A program made the position numbers and the translations under genes. From an uncultured Methylomirabilota bacterium (GTDB lineage: Bacteria > Methylomirabilota > Methylomirabilia > Methylomirabilales > 2-02-FULL-66-22): DNA of 64,000 nt. Of this stretch, positions 34,260 through 45,792 are shown piece after piece. Position 1 is the first letter of the stretch, and every line of letters starts with the position of its first letter. The stretch is taken from contig CAWJSJ010000006.1 of assembly GCA_963845565.1 (NCBI GenBank), positions 1 through 64,000 on the forward strand, given 5' to 3'. A model generated the notes under the pieces. It was not told where the DNA came from. It saw only the letters and a program-made list of their open reading frames with translations, and did no database searches.

Positions 34260-35540
34260 TCAGTTCAATCGCTGGCCGCTCTCCACGACCACCTTGCCGT
34301 TCTTGATCACCGTCTCCACCAGGTTTACACCGAAATGATAACAGAGGTGCTCGTGGTTCGGGGCGTCCAGGACGAGAAGGTCGGCGTGCTTGCCCACCTC
34401 CAGGGTGCCGACGCAATCCTGTTCCCCGATCGCCCAGGCGGCGTTGATCGTCGCGGCGGTGATCGCCTCGGCGGGCAGCATTCGCATCTGGGTGCAGGCC
34501 AGGTTCAGGATCAGGGCCAGCGACTCGGTCATGCAGGAGCCGGGATTGAAATCGGTGGCCAGCGCGACGGGGACGCCGTCGGCGATCATGTCGCGGGCGC
34601 GGGCGTACCGCTGCATGTGCAGGAAGTAGGCGGTGCCGGGCAGAAGTACGGCGATGACGCCCGCCTCCGCCATGGCGCGGATCCCCTCGTCGTTGACGTA
34701 CAGAAGGTGGTCCGCGGTGCGTGCCTTCAAACGGGCGGCCATGGCGGCGCCGCCCAGGTCGGTGAGTTCGTCCGCGTGGACGCGCAGTTCCAGGCCGACC
34801 GTCTGCGCCGCACGGAAGATGCGCTCCGTCTGGTTGACGCTGAAGACCCCGGTCTCGCAGAAGACGTCACAAAATCGCGCCAATTTCCGGGACGCCACCA
34901 GGGGAATCATACGGGTAATGACGAGATCGACGTACGCCTCGGGGTGTTGACGGAACTCCGGCGGGATCTCGTGGGCGCCCATGAAGGTGGGGACGACGGT
35001 CGCGGGTCCGGCCTCTTCCAGTTCTCGGATGACCTCCAGCATCTTGATCTCGTTCGTGATGTCCAGCCCGTAACCGCTCTTGGCCTCCACGGTGGTGGTC
35101 CCGAGCGTGAGCATGCGGTCGAGCGTTCGACGGGCGGCGGCCTTCAGGTCCGCCTTGTCGGCGGACCGGGTGGCCGCCACGGTGGCGTTGATGCCGCCGC
35201 CGCCGGCCGCGATCTCCTGATAGGTCTTCCCCTGGATGCGCAAGGCGAACTCGTTCTCGCGGCTGCCGGCGAAGACGAGGTGGGTGTGCGGGTCGACCAG
35301 GCCCGGCATCACGGTTTTTCCAGTCGCATCGATCAGCTTGCAGAACGCCAGGGGGCGCACGGCGGTGAGCAGGTCCGCGGTCGGGCCGACCCAGACGATC
35401 TTGCCCCGGCGGGCGGCAAGAGCGCCCCGAGGAAGAATTCCCAGATCGCGCATCTCCTCGCCGAGGCGAGGCCGCCCCGCAAGGCCGGCGAGGGTCACAA
35501 GTTCCGCCGCCCCTTCGACGATCAGGTCTGCCTGGATCAT
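34260..35540 (-). CDS. hutI: Imidazolonepropionase
   Basis: PGLVDPHTHLVF, GTTTVEAKSGYG, HADEL, ATDFNPG. Confidence 0.96.
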   Translation of the reverse strand: MIQADLIVEGAAELVTLAGLAGRPRLGEEMRDLGILPRGALAARRGKIVWVGPTADLLTAVRPLAFCKLIDATGKTVMPGLVDPHTHLVFAGSRENEFALRIQGKTYQEIAAGGGGINATVAATRSADKADLKAAARRTLDRMLTLGTTTVEAKSGYGLDITNEIKMLEVIRELEEAGPATVVPTFMGAHEIPPEFRQHPEAYVDLVITRMIPLVASRKLARFCDVFCETGVFSVNQTERIFRAAQTVGLELRVHADELTDLGGAAMAARLKARTADHLLYVNDEGIRAMAEAGVIAVLLPGTAYFLHMQRYARARDMIADGVPVALATDFNPGSCMTESLALILNLACTQMRMLPAEAITAATINAAWAIGEQDCVGTLEVGKHADLLVLDAPNHEHLCYHFGVNLVETVIKNGKVVVESGQRLN

Positions 35541-35555
35541 GGCGCATCTCCTCTA

Positions 35556-35596
35556 AGCCCGGATTATTCACGAATCCTTCGTGAGTAATCCGGGCT
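35556..35596. repeat. Palindromic REP-like element family B, copy 2 (overlaps the DUF748 stop)
   Basis: AGCCCGGATTATTCACGAA-TCC-TTCGTGAGTAATCCGGGCT. Confidence 0.78.
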
Positions 35597-38500
35597 AGGC
35601 GATCTTGAAGTCCACCCGGCTGTCCTTCACCTTGTCCTTCTTCTCCGGCGTCAGCCCCTTCGGCTCGACGATGAACAGCCGCTCGGCCTCGATCTTGCCC
35701 GACTTGAGGATCGTCTCCTTCACAGTGTTCGCGCGCTGGGCCGCCAACTGGCGAAGCTCTTCCTCGCCGACCTCGATGTTGGTGAGCATCAGTTTTTCCA
35801 TCTCCGGGACGGGCAGGCTCTTCACCATGCCGATGAAGTTGCGGGGTTTAGGGAAGGGCTCGGCCCGATAGGCCAGGGTGAGATATTTCTCGTATTCCTC
35901 CGGCGCCACCGCGAGGTCGTCAACGGGCACGGCGGCCTTGCCTTGCTTGGCGAGGTCGGCCAGCTTCTGCGCCTTGACCTTTCGCTGCATGAGCCATTGT
36001 TTCAATCCTTCCCGATCCTCGTCCGGGGAGACGTACCCGGCGATCTCCAGCTTCAAACCGGGCTTCTCGGACAGGGCGGTGACCAGCGCGTCGAGCTTCT
36101 TCGCGCCGGCCTCGGGAACGGTGGCGCGGCCGGAGTCGAACTCCACATACTGCATCTCCTCGCCGCCGCCGAACCCCGCCCCCAGGAGGGCGAAGGGCGA
36201 GGTCACCGCCTTGGCGATGAGATTGCCGATGACCTGGAGGACGATGCTCCACACGCTGAATTGGGGGTCGTCGATGCTGCCCGTGACGGGAATATCGAGG
36301 TGGATCTCGCCGTTCCGGTCCTTGAGCAGGGCGACTCCGAGCTTCACCGGCAAACTGGTCGCGGTGGGGCTATCCACCTTGTCGCCGAACGTGAACTGAT
36401 CCACGAAGACCTTGTTCTCCGAGTTGAGCTTGCCCTTGTCGATCAGATACTTCAGGTCGAAGGAGAGCTTGCCCTTCGCGATGGTGTATCCCACATACTT
36501 TCCGGCATAGGGCGTCGTCGGGCTGAGATCCATCCCCGTGAACCGCGCCCGCACATCGGCGAAGAGGTCCTGTTTCAGCGGGTTGATCTTGCCGGTGATC
36601 TCCAGCGGGGCAGAGTTGTTCATCCTGCCGCGCAACTCCACGTCCGCCAGGCTGGTTTCCGTCGAAGAGAGACCGGACACCCGGCCTGCGATCTCGGTCA
36701 TGGTGGCGGAATAGCTGGGCTTGAGCGAGCGATCCTGGAACTGGACCCGCCCGGCCTGGAGGGTGACCTCTTCAATCTGGATATCCATCGGCACACTTGG
36801 CGTGTTTGGTGCTTTGGCCTCCGGGGTGACAGGCGCGGGTTTCGGCGAGGCCGTGGGCTTGGCCGCCTCGTCCGGGACGGCGATCTCTTGGAGGTTCAAC
36901 CGACCGTCGGGCTGGATCACGAGGCGGGCGAAGAAGTCGGTCAGTGCGACCTTCTTGGCGCGGACGAGAAGCGGGTTGTACCCGACGGACAGTTCGGTCA
37001 GCGCGAGCGACTCCCACTTCAGGATATCCTCGGCAGTGTTCTTTTCGACGGCGGCGAACTTTCCGAGGGTGATCTCGCCCGTGTATTTCGCCTGCAATCC
37101 GGGTGGCTCTTTGGTGCTGAGTTCGAGGCGGCCGGCGGTCGACACCCGACCGTCCGTGATCGTGACCTTGACGCGTTCGGCGACATAGGGCTGGAAGGGG
37201 CGAAGGTCGATCTCCTTGGCCACCACCTGAAGATCGGCTTGGATGGGAGCGATGTCCAGCGACCCCTCGGTTGTGACCGTTCCCTGGTCGAGGCGGAACG
37301 AGACCGACGCCTTTCCCGGGGTGCTGCTGAGTGCCGTCGAGAGTTTTTCTGCCCGGACAGTCAGGTCATCCATGGCCACCTTGACCGGCTCGGACGGGAC
37401 TTCGTCGGTGACCTCGATTCGGTACTGGCTCACCGAGAGGACACCCGCCTTGACCGTCCAGGGGCGGGCGGGCTGGGCGGCAGCAGCGCCCGCTGCGGGT
37501 CGGACGGCCACGGGCGCGTCCGCCAGGGACTCGGCGGCGGCCGTGGTGCGTGGGAGAAGTTTCGCGAGGTTGATTTCGCCGTCGCGGGATCGAGACACAC
37601 GGACGGTGCCGCGCTCCGTGGACAGGTCGCCCACCGAGACGTCCTGCTGCGACAGGTCCACTGCGGTATTCTTGACCGCCAGAATGGGGATGTTCAGGAA
37701 CTCCTGGTTCGTATCTCGCGTTTTCAGGCGCAGCGTCTTGAGCGCGGTCGACAGGCCCGCCAGCTTGATGTCGAACGCGTCCTTGCTCTGGCTGACCTTA
37801 TAGCCGGTTGCCACGTCAAGGGTGCCATCCTGCACGTCGAAGGCGACCAGGTTCTTGTAGTACGGTGCATACCGGTTCAGCACCACGCCGGTAATCTCCG
37901 CCTTACCGTCGGCCCGCAGCGGGTCCAGACCGACGGAAGTGTTGACCTTGACGGCGGCGGTTTGGTCCAGTACGAGTGAGAGGGCGACTTTCCCAGTGGA
38001 GTTCTTGGCGGTCGAGAGGTTCTCGGCGTGCAGGCGAATCTTCTCGACGGCCAGGGTGATGCGTTCGGATGCCGCGCGATCCTCGACTTTGGCCGCGTAC
38101 TGATCCACGGCCAGGCGCTTCAACGTGATGGTCCACGGCTTCTGTTCCGGACCGGCGGGTGCGGCAGTCGGTCCCTGGCCGGCAGGCGGCGGGGCGATGA
38201 GCTTTTGGAGATCCACCTCGCCATTGGCGAGGCGCTTGGCGCCGAGGAAACCCTTCTGAGTAGAGACGCCACCCACGACGACCTGCCGCTGGGTCAGGTC
38301 GATCGCCGTATCCGTGACGGCTAAGGCCGGAACGCGCACGAAGTCTTCGGTCTCGTCGCGCCGCTTGAGCCGGAGGGCGCTCACCGAGACCGCTGCCTCC
38401 GACGCCACGATCGCCGGTTCCTTGTCTCCCGGCGAAACCCGGTAATGGCTGGAGAGATTCAGCGTGCCGCTCTCGATGTCGAAGAGAAGCATGTCGCTGT

Positions 38501-39860
38501 AGTACGGTGCGTACCTTTTGAGCGGAACGCCCTGGACGGCCACCTTGCCGTCCACCTGGAGCGGGGCGAGCGACATGGTGCCGTCGAGGGCGATCTCCTC
38601 CTTGGCGTCGGTCGTCACGGTCAGGGCGTAGGTTCCCTTGGTGTCCGGGCGGGTGCTCAACTGCGTGACCTTGACGTCGATGGGCGCCAGCGTGGCCTTG
38701 AACGGGAGGCGAGGGAGAAGATCCGAGAAGACGACCTTGGCTCCGGCGATACTGATCTCGTCCACGTCCAGGACGACGGTGTCGCCTGGAGCGGTTGTGT
38801 CTTTGTTTGCCGGCTTCTGGTCCGGGGCGGGTTTGGGCAGCAGCGTCTCGAGATTGGTGATCCCCGTCTTCTCGCGACGAACCGTCAGCTCCGGCGATTC
38901 CAGAGATATCTTGGCGAGGTGCACCTTGCGGATGAGGGGTTCGATCGAGGCGAGCCCGACGCCCAGCTTCGGAATCCGCACGACCGGGCCGCCCTGCGTG
39001 TCATCCACTGCCAGCTCGCGCAGCCCGACATCCCCCTTCACGGTCAGCGTCTGTTCGGTTTTGCCCTTCCGGACGAACACGATGGCGATCTTGGAATCGA
39101 GTCGGCCCGACGGCATGCGGAAGGTCAACAGCTCCGCGGGAACGTACGCCAGATAATAGGGGAGGTCCAGGTCGGCCACGTTGACATCCAGCGTGGTTTC
39201 CAGCGAGTCGGCAAAGGGCTTTGTGTTGCCCTGGACCGCGTACCGGGTTCCGTTCACGACGGCCGAGAGCCCCGGCTGGACAAAGGTCTCGATCTGGGAC
39301 GGGATATTCGACAGGAACGGGACCCCGATATTCACCGCGCGGACCGTATGCTTCTTTTGCGCGGGCTCGTCGCTGAAGTCGGCACCGCCGTCAACCACCT
39401 CGATATTGTTGACGGAGAACCGCACGGGCTTCGCCGGCTCCTTGGGCGGCGGTTGCGGACCCGGCAACAGGTCGGAGAAATTGTAGGACTGATCCGCTCG
39501 CCGGACGACGCGGATGAAGGGTTTGGTGAGGCGCGCCTGCTGGACGACGGCGGCCCACCGGAAGAGGGACGACGCTTCGAGATTCAGATAGAGCTCCTCG
39601 AAGGACGCGAACGTCTCGGTGCCCTTGGGCTCCTTGACCGCAAGCCCCCTGAGCGTCGCCGACAGGGCGAAGGGATTGACGCGCGCCTCCGCGATGGTCA
39701 CCTCGCGATGGAGCGCCGCGGTGAGTTGTGCGGCGAGGACGGACTTCAAGATCGGGGGAACGACGAAGAACCCGATAAGCGTGAAAAGGACAAAAAAGGC
39801 CCCGACGCCGATCAGGATGCGCGTGCGGTGGCGTACGACGAACTGCCCAAGGCGACGCAT
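35595..39860 (-). CDS. DUF748 (AsmA-like) protein with OmpA-like C-terminus
   Basis: 1421 aa, N-terminal TM, repeated beta-rich modules, LPVKLGVALLKDRNGEIHLDIPVTGS. Confidence 0.88.
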   Translation of the reverse strand: MRRLGQFVVRHRTRILIGVGAFFVLFTLIGFFVVPPILKSVLAAQLTAALHREVTIAEARVNPFALSATLRGLAVKEPKGTETFASFEELYLNLEASSLFRWAAVVQQARLTKPFIRVVRRADQSYNFSDLLPGPQPPPKEPAKPVRFSVNNIEVVDGGADFSDEPAQKKHTVRAVNIGVPFLSNIPSQIETFVQPGLSAVVNGTRYAVQGNTKPFADSLETTLDVNVADLDLPYYLAYVPAELLTFRMPSGRLDSKIAIVFVRKGKTEQTLTVKGDVGLRELAVDDTQGGPVVRIPKLGVGLASIEPLIRKVHLAKISLESPELTVRREKTGITNLETLLPKPAPDQKPANKDTTAPGDTVVLDVDEISIAGAKVVFSDLLPRLPFKATLAPIDVKVTQLSTRPDTKGTYALTVTTDAKEEIALDGTMSLAPLQVDGKVAVQGVPLKRYAPYYSDMLLFDIESGTLNLSSHYRVSPGDKEPAIVASEAAVSVSALRLKRRDETEDFVRVPALAVTDTAIDLTQRQVVVGGVSTQKGFLGAKRLANGEVDLQKLIAPPPAGQGPTAAPAGPEQKPWTITLKRLAVDQYAAKVEDRAASERITLAVEKIRLHAENLSTAKNSTGKVALSLVLDQTAAVKVNTSVGLDPLRADGKAEITGVVLNRYAPYYKNLVAFDVQDGTLDVATGYKVSQSKDAFDIKLAGLSTALKTLRLKTRDTNQEFLNIPILAVKNTAVDLSQQDVSVGDLSTERGTVRVSRSRDGEINLAKLLPRTTAAAESLADAPVAVRPAAGAAAAQPARPWTVKAGVLSVSQYRIEVTDEVPSEPVKVAMDDLTVRAEKLSTALSSTPGKASVSFRLDQGTVTTEGSLDIAPIQADLQVVAKEIDLRPFQPYVAERVKVTITDGRVSTAGRLELSTKEPPGLQAKYTGEITLGKFAAVEKNTAEDILKWESLALTELSVGYNPLLVRAKKVALTDFFARLVIQPDGRLNLQEIAVPDEAAKPTASPKPAPVTPEAKAPNTPSVPMDIQIEEVTLQAGRVQFQDRSLKPSYSATMTEIAGRVSGLSSTETSLADVELRGRMNNSAPLEITGKINPLKQDLFADVRARFTGMDLSPTTPYAGKYVGYTIAKGKLSFDLKYLIDKGKLNSENKVFVDQFTFGDKVDSPTATSLPVKLGVALLKDRNGEIHLDIPVTGSIDDPQFSVWSIVLQVIGNLIAKAVTSPFALLGAGFGGGEEMQYVEFDSGRATVPEAGAKKLDALVTALSEKPGLKLEIAGYVSPDEDREGLKQWLMQRKVKAQKLADLAKQGKAAVPVDDLAVAPEEYEKYLTLAYRAEPFPKPRNFIGMVKSLPVPEMEKLMLTNIEVGEEELRQLAAQRANTVKETILKSGKIEAERLFIVEPKGLTPEKKDKVKDSRVDFKIA

Positions 39861-39931
39861 GTTGCGCCTCCAGTCCTAGGAGCGTACACGGCCTGGAGCC
39901 CAGGGGGCGGCACGGGTGTTTCCCTGGTGCG

Positions 39932-41602
<1,671 letters not shown>

Positions 41603-41621
41603 TGCAAGACCTCCTCGGGAA

Positions 41622-41676
41622 AACCACAACGGGAATCTAATCCGCGAAATCTGTGCAATCGATGCAATCTGCGGTT
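41622..41676. repeat. Degenerate 9-bp-unit element (mostly the right arm)
   Basis: AACCACA...AATCTGTGC AATCGATGC AATCTGCGGTT. Confidence 0.7.
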
Positions 41677-41706
41677 CAGTATAACCCCCGGTCCCTGGAG
41701 ATGCAA

Positions 41707-42585
41707 TCAGGCCCTGGCGCGCTGGATCCAGAGGATGCCGACGCACACCAAGGCGGCGCCGAGGAGCTGTATCGGGGTGAGGCGTTCTCCGTAGAGGAGC
41801 CAGCCCAGGAGGGCGGCGGTGACGACCTCCCAGGTAGCGATCACGCTCACCTGGCTGGCGGGCAGGTCCCGCAGGCCCAGGGTGAACAGCGCGTAACCTC
41901 CCAGGCTGGGGATTAGCGCCAGGCCGACGATCCAGATCCACGCCACCGTCGGGTAGTCCCGTGCCGCCAGGAGGCCAGGCCCGCTCCCGAGGACCAGGAA
42001 CAGCGCGCCTCCGGCAAAGGCGTAGAGGACGACGGTCCAGGGGGCGTAACGGGCCACGGCCCGCTTACCCAGGATACTGTACACCGCCATGCTGAGACCG
42101 GTCAGGAGGCCGAAGAGGATCCCGCGCAGGTTGAGGCGAAGGAACTCCGCCTCGTGGATCTGGGCCACCAGGGCCGCGCCGAGGACGGTGAGGGCCGCTG
42201 CGGCCAGCTTGACCCGGGTCAGCCGTTCCCCCAGCCAGAGGGCGGAGAAGAGCGTCACGAACATCGGGTAGGTGTAGAGCAGGGTGATGGCGACGGCCAG
42301 GGTGGTGTGCTTGACGGCCGAGAAGTACGACCAGAAGTTCAGGGTCACCCCGAAGAAGCCGTAGACCAGAAAGAATGGGATGGCCGACCAGGGGACGCGC
42401 AGCAGGGTCGGGCGGGAGAGGGCCAGGATGCCGGCGAGGACGACGACGCCGATGAGGGCCCGCCAGGTGACGACCAGCATGGGGTCGCCCTCGAACCGAT
42501 AGACGGCGCGCCCCCAGGCCCCCATCGAGCCAAGCAGGGTGGCGCCGATCAGTACGACGATGGTGGCGCGAATGCGGATGTTCAT
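41707..42585 (-). CDS. EamA/DMT transporter
   Basis: About 10 TM in two repeats, [22 protein letters not shown]. Confidence 0.9.
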   Translation of the reverse strand: MNIRIRATIVVLIGATLLGSMGAWGRAVYRFEGDPMLVVTWRALIGVVVLAGILALSRPTLLRVPWSAIPFFLVYGFFGVTLNFWSYFSAVKHTTLAVAITLLYTYPMFVTLFSALWLGERLTRVKLAAAALTVLGAALVAQIHEAEFLRLNLRGILFGLLTGLSMAVYSILGKRAVARYAPWTVVLYAFAGGALFLVLGSGPGLLAARDYPTVAWIWIVGLALIPSLGGYALFTLGLRDLPASQVSVIATWEVVTAALLGWLLYGERLTPIQLLGAALVCVGILWIQRARA

Positions 42586-42660
42586 AGGTTGTGACGGTTC
42601 GGCGGTGCTGCCGTACTGCGGTCTGGAGGGAACCGCCGCACCTCGAACTGCAGCACCCGG

Positions 42661-43374
42661 TCAACCGCCCAAATAGGCCCTCTTCACTTCGGGGGCGGCG
42701 GCCAACTCTGCGGCGGAGCCGCAGAGCGTGATGCTGCCCGTCTCCAAGACGTAACCCCGTGTGGCCACGGAGAGAGCCATGCGGGCGTTTTGTTCCACCA
42801 GAAGGATGGTGGCCCCCTGTCGGTGCAGGTCGCGAATCGTCTGGAAGGTCTGCTCGACCAGCGTGGGCATCAGGCCGAGAGACACCTCGTCCAGTAGGAG
42901 CAACTGGGGCCGGCTGACCAGGGACCGGGCGATGGCGAGCATCTGCTGTTCACCGCCGGAGAGTGTCTTTCCCCGCTGGCGCGAACGCTCGCGAAGGCGC
43001 GGAAAGAGCGTGTAGGCGCTCTCCAGTGCCGCGGAGACCTCGCCGGCGCTCGAGAGGACGTACGCCCCTAGGCGCAGGTTCTCTTCCACGGTCAGGTCGG
43101 GGAGGATGCGCCGCCCTTCGGGAACCAGACTGATCCCGCGGCGGGCCCGAGCGTGCGGGGCCTCGGACGTGATGTCGGCGCCATCGAACAGGATCCGCCC
43201 TCCGCGCGGCCGCTGGAGACCCATCACGGCGCGCAGCGTGGTACTCTTGCCCGCGCCGTTCGCCCCGATGATGGTGACCAGGTCACCGCGGTGCACCTCG
43301 AAGCTCACGCCACGCACGGCCGCGAATTCGCCGTACGTTACCTCGAGGTTTCGGACTTCCAACAGCACTGTCAT
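42661..43374 (-). CDS. livF: Branched-chain amino acid-type ABC ATPase
   Basis: GANGAGKST, VPEGRRI, LSGGEQQML. Confidence 0.93.
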   Translation of the reverse strand: MTVLLEVRNLEVTYGEFAAVRGVSFEVHRGDLVTIIGANGAGKSTTLRAVMGLQRPRGGRILFDGADITSEAPHARARRGISLVPEGRRILPDLTVEENLRLGAYVLSSAGEVSAALESAYTLFPRLRERSRQRGKTLSGGEQQMLAIARSLVSRPQLLLLDEVSLGLMPTLVEQTFQTIRDLHRQGATILLVEQNARMALSVATRGYVLETGSITLCGSAAELAAAPEVKRAYLGG

Positions 43375-43456
43375 TGGTCGACTCGTCGAGAAGTCAATTC
43401 GTGAGTACGGTTGGTCCGTGGCCAAATCGACCATTCGACCAATCGACTAATTGACT
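43374..43456. repeat. Inverted array of 8-bp units
   Basis: TTGGTCGA/CTCGTCGA/GAAGTCAA ... TCGACCAT/TCGACCAA/TCGACTAA/TTGACT. Confidence 0.75.
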
Positions 43457-44196
43457 GTCTTCCCAAGGTACGCCTCGATGACCTCTGGATTCCGCTGGAT
43501 CGCGGCGGGATCGCCTGCGGCGATCTTGACGCCGTGGTCCAGAACCACCAGGCGATGGCAGACGTCCATCACCATGGGCATGTTGTGCTCAATCAGGATG
43601 ACGCTGACGCCTTCCCGGTTCAGGGTGCGGATCAGTTCGAGGAGCTGTTGGGACTCCTCGTGGCGAAGACCGCCCGACGGTTCGTCGAGCAGGAGAAGCT
43701 TGGGTTTCAGGGCCAGGGCGCGCGCGATCTCCAGGCGTTTCTTCAGGCCAAGCGGCAGCGTGCCGGCCAAGCGGTCGTGCCCGGCCGCGAGCCCCACCCG
43801 TGTCAGCAGAGCGGCGGCCGCCTGGCGATTGGCCGAGGTGGCGTAGACCATGGCGGAGCTTCGCAGCGCGGGATACGCCTGATGGCCAATGGCCACCAGG
43901 ACGTTGTCTGTGAGCGACAGCGTGGGGAAGGGGCGAACGATCTGGAAGGTGCGGCCGATTCCGCGGCGCGCAATCTCGAAGGGGCGCTTCCCCTGGATGG
44001 CCTCTCCACGGTACCGGATGACACCGCGGCTCGGGTGGATCATGCCGGTGATGCAATTGAACAGCGTGGTCTTGCCCGCGCCGTTCGGCCCGATGACGCC
44101 GAGGATCTCCCGCTCCTCGACGGCGAAGGCCACGTCCTGGAGGGCGGTTACGCCGTCGAATTCCTTCGTGAGAGAGTCAATCTCGAGAAGCACCAC
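43447..44196 (-). CDS. livG: Branched-chain amino acid-type ABC ATPase
   Basis: GPNGAGKTT, GRTFQ, LLLDEP, VIEAYLG. Confidence 0.93.
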   Translation of the reverse strand: MVLLEIDSLTKEFDGVTALQDVAFAVEEREILGVIGPNGAGKTTLFNCITGMIHPSRGVIRYRGEAIQGKRPFEIARRGIGRTFQIVRPFPTLSLTDNVLVAIGHQAYPALRSSAMVYATSANRQAAAALLTRVGLAAGHDRLAGTLPLGLKKRLEIARALALKPKLLLLDEPSGGLRHEESQQLLELIRTLNREGVSVILIEHNMPMVMDVCHRLVVLDHGVKIAAGDPAAIQRNPEVIEAYLGKTVN

Positions 44197-44215
44197 GGCG
44201 AAAACTCCGCAGGCT

Positions 44216-44315
44216 AACCACAGATTTCACGGATTTCACAGAGGAAGCAGACCCCTTCCCGATAGACCCAGGATCCGAACCAGAAGAATCTGTGTAATCT
44301 GCGTAATCGGTGGTT
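44216..44315. repeat. Solo 9-bp-unit palindromic element
   Basis: AACCACAGATTTCACGGATTTCACAGA ... ATCTGTGTAATCTGCGTAATCGGTGGTT. Confidence 0.88.
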
Positions 44316-44356
44316 CCAACGTGTCTTACCCGATTGTCGGTCGTGCATTTGTCAGG

Positions 44357-45232
44357 CTACGGTATACCGAGCGCCATCCCGCGCACGAGGAGGCTCTGGT
44401 CCCCGAGGATCCCGTCCGGCTGGAAACGCATCAGCAAGAGCAGGAGGATTCCGTACAGGAGCGTGCGGTACTCCATGGCCGGCCGGGAGATCTCCGGCAG
44501 CGCGCCCAGGATGATCGCCCCCACGATGGGTCCCCGGAGCGTGCCGATGCCCCCGAACACGACCATCGAGAGAATGACCATGGACTGGGCGAAGCCGAAA
44601 TTGACCGGCATGATGAATGTCAGAAAATGGGCGTATAGACTGCCGGCCAGCCCCGCCCCGGCGCTCCCCAATGTGAAGGCCAGGACCTTGAAGCGAACCA
44701 CGTCGATCCCCATGGCGCCGGCCGCCTGCTCGTCTTCGCGAATCGCCGCCCAAGCCAGGCCGATCCACGATCGCGTGAGCCAGCGATCGGCGGCGATCGT
44801 CACCAGAATCACGACGCACACCAGGATGAGGAATCCCGACTTGCCGATCTCCGCGCCAAAAACGCTGGGCGGTTCGATTCCACCGATCCCCATACCGGCG
44901 CCGAAGAAGGGGATGTACAGGAAGACCGCCTCGATCACGAAGTTGATGCCCATCGTGGTGATGGCCAGGAAATCCTCGCGGACACGGAGGCAGGGGATCG
45001 CCAGGATCGCTCCCACCAGGCCGGCCATGAGACCGGCGATAAGAAAGGACGGCCAGAAACTGAACCCCGCCTTGGTGAAGAGGAGGGCGGACGTGTACGC
45101 CCCGATCCCCATGAACGCGGCATGGCCCAGCGAGATCTGACCCGCGTAGCCCGTGATGATGTTCAGGCTGAGGGCCAGAATGATATAGATCCCGATGGTG
45201 ATCAGGACCGTGATCGTGTATCCGCTCAACAC
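44357..45232 (-). CDS. livM: Branched-chain amino acid-type ABC permease
   Basis: GYAGQISLGHAAF, AIREDE.AA.AMGI, GGIGTLRG. Confidence 0.92.
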   Translation of the reverse strand: MLSGYTITVLITIGIYIILALSLNIITGYAGQISLGHAAFMGIGAYTSALLFTKAGFSFWPSFLIAGLMAGLVGAILAIPCLRVREDFLAITTMGINFVIEAVFLYIPFFGAGMGIGGIEPPSVFGAEIGKSGFLILVCVVILVTIAADRWLTRSWIGLAWAAIREDEQAAGAMGIDVVRFKVLAFTLGSAGAGLAGSLYAHFLTFIMPVNFGFAQSMVILSMVVFGGIGTLRGPIVGAIILGALPEISRPAMEYRTLLYGILLLLLMRFQPDGILGDQSLLVRGMALGIP

Positions 45233-45252
45233 CTGAGAAGACCCCTTGGGTT

Positions 45253-45398
45253 AACCACAGATTGCACAGATGACACAGATAGCACAGATGCAGCCCCGGG
45301 GTCCGATACCGGGGAAATCTGTGTAATCTGTGGTTTCACGTAACACCGGAAGAATACCCCGTGGGCAACCACAGATTTCACAGATTACACAGATGGGT
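45253..45398. repeat. 9-bp-unit palindrome, 31-bp spacer and a further left arm (downstream flank of the GxxExxY gene)
   Basis: AACCACAGATTGCACAGATGACACAGAT...ATCTGTGTAATCTGTGGTT; spacer 45336-45366; AACCACAGATTTCACAGATTACACAGAT. Confidence 0.9.
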
Positions 45399-45768
45399 CA
45401 TGGCCGGACACAAACCTCCTGTGCTGAAGCGAAGGCGCCCCGAAGTTGAGGAGGAGGGCAATGCGTAGGCCTGATGCCTTCAGGTAATTGAGAACCTGAG
45501 CCTCGTCAACGACGGTTAATTGCCGGATAGCTTTCAGTTCCAGGATTACCGAATCAAAACATATGAAGTCCGCACGGTAGGTAGGGGAGAGCTTCTCTCC
45601 CTTATAAAAAACGGGAATCTCACTCTGCGCGCGAAACGGAACGTTGCGCAAGCCAAGTTCCTTGGCCAGGGCGTCCTGGTACACCGCCTCAAGAAAACCC
45701 GGACCGAGTATCCGGTGAACTTCCAACGCCGCCCCGATTATCGCGTGCGTCCTAGCATCCCTTTCCAC
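45385..45768 (-). CDS. GxxExxY family protein (putative PD-(D/E)XK nuclease), 127 aa
   Basis: IIGAALEVH..LGPGFLEAVY, RADF, ILELKA, QVLNYL, LLLNFG; GTG 45768 with GGGAG RBS (longest ORF extends to 45834). Confidence 0.92.
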   Translation of the reverse strand: MERDARTHAIIGAALEVHRILGPGFLEAVYQDALAKELGLRNVPFRAQSEIPVFYKGEKLSPTYRADFICFDSVILELKAIRQLTVVDEAQVLNYLKASGLRIALLLNFGAPSLQHRRFVSGHDPSV

Positions 45769-45792
45769 GTCGGCTCCCGATTCAACTAGGGT

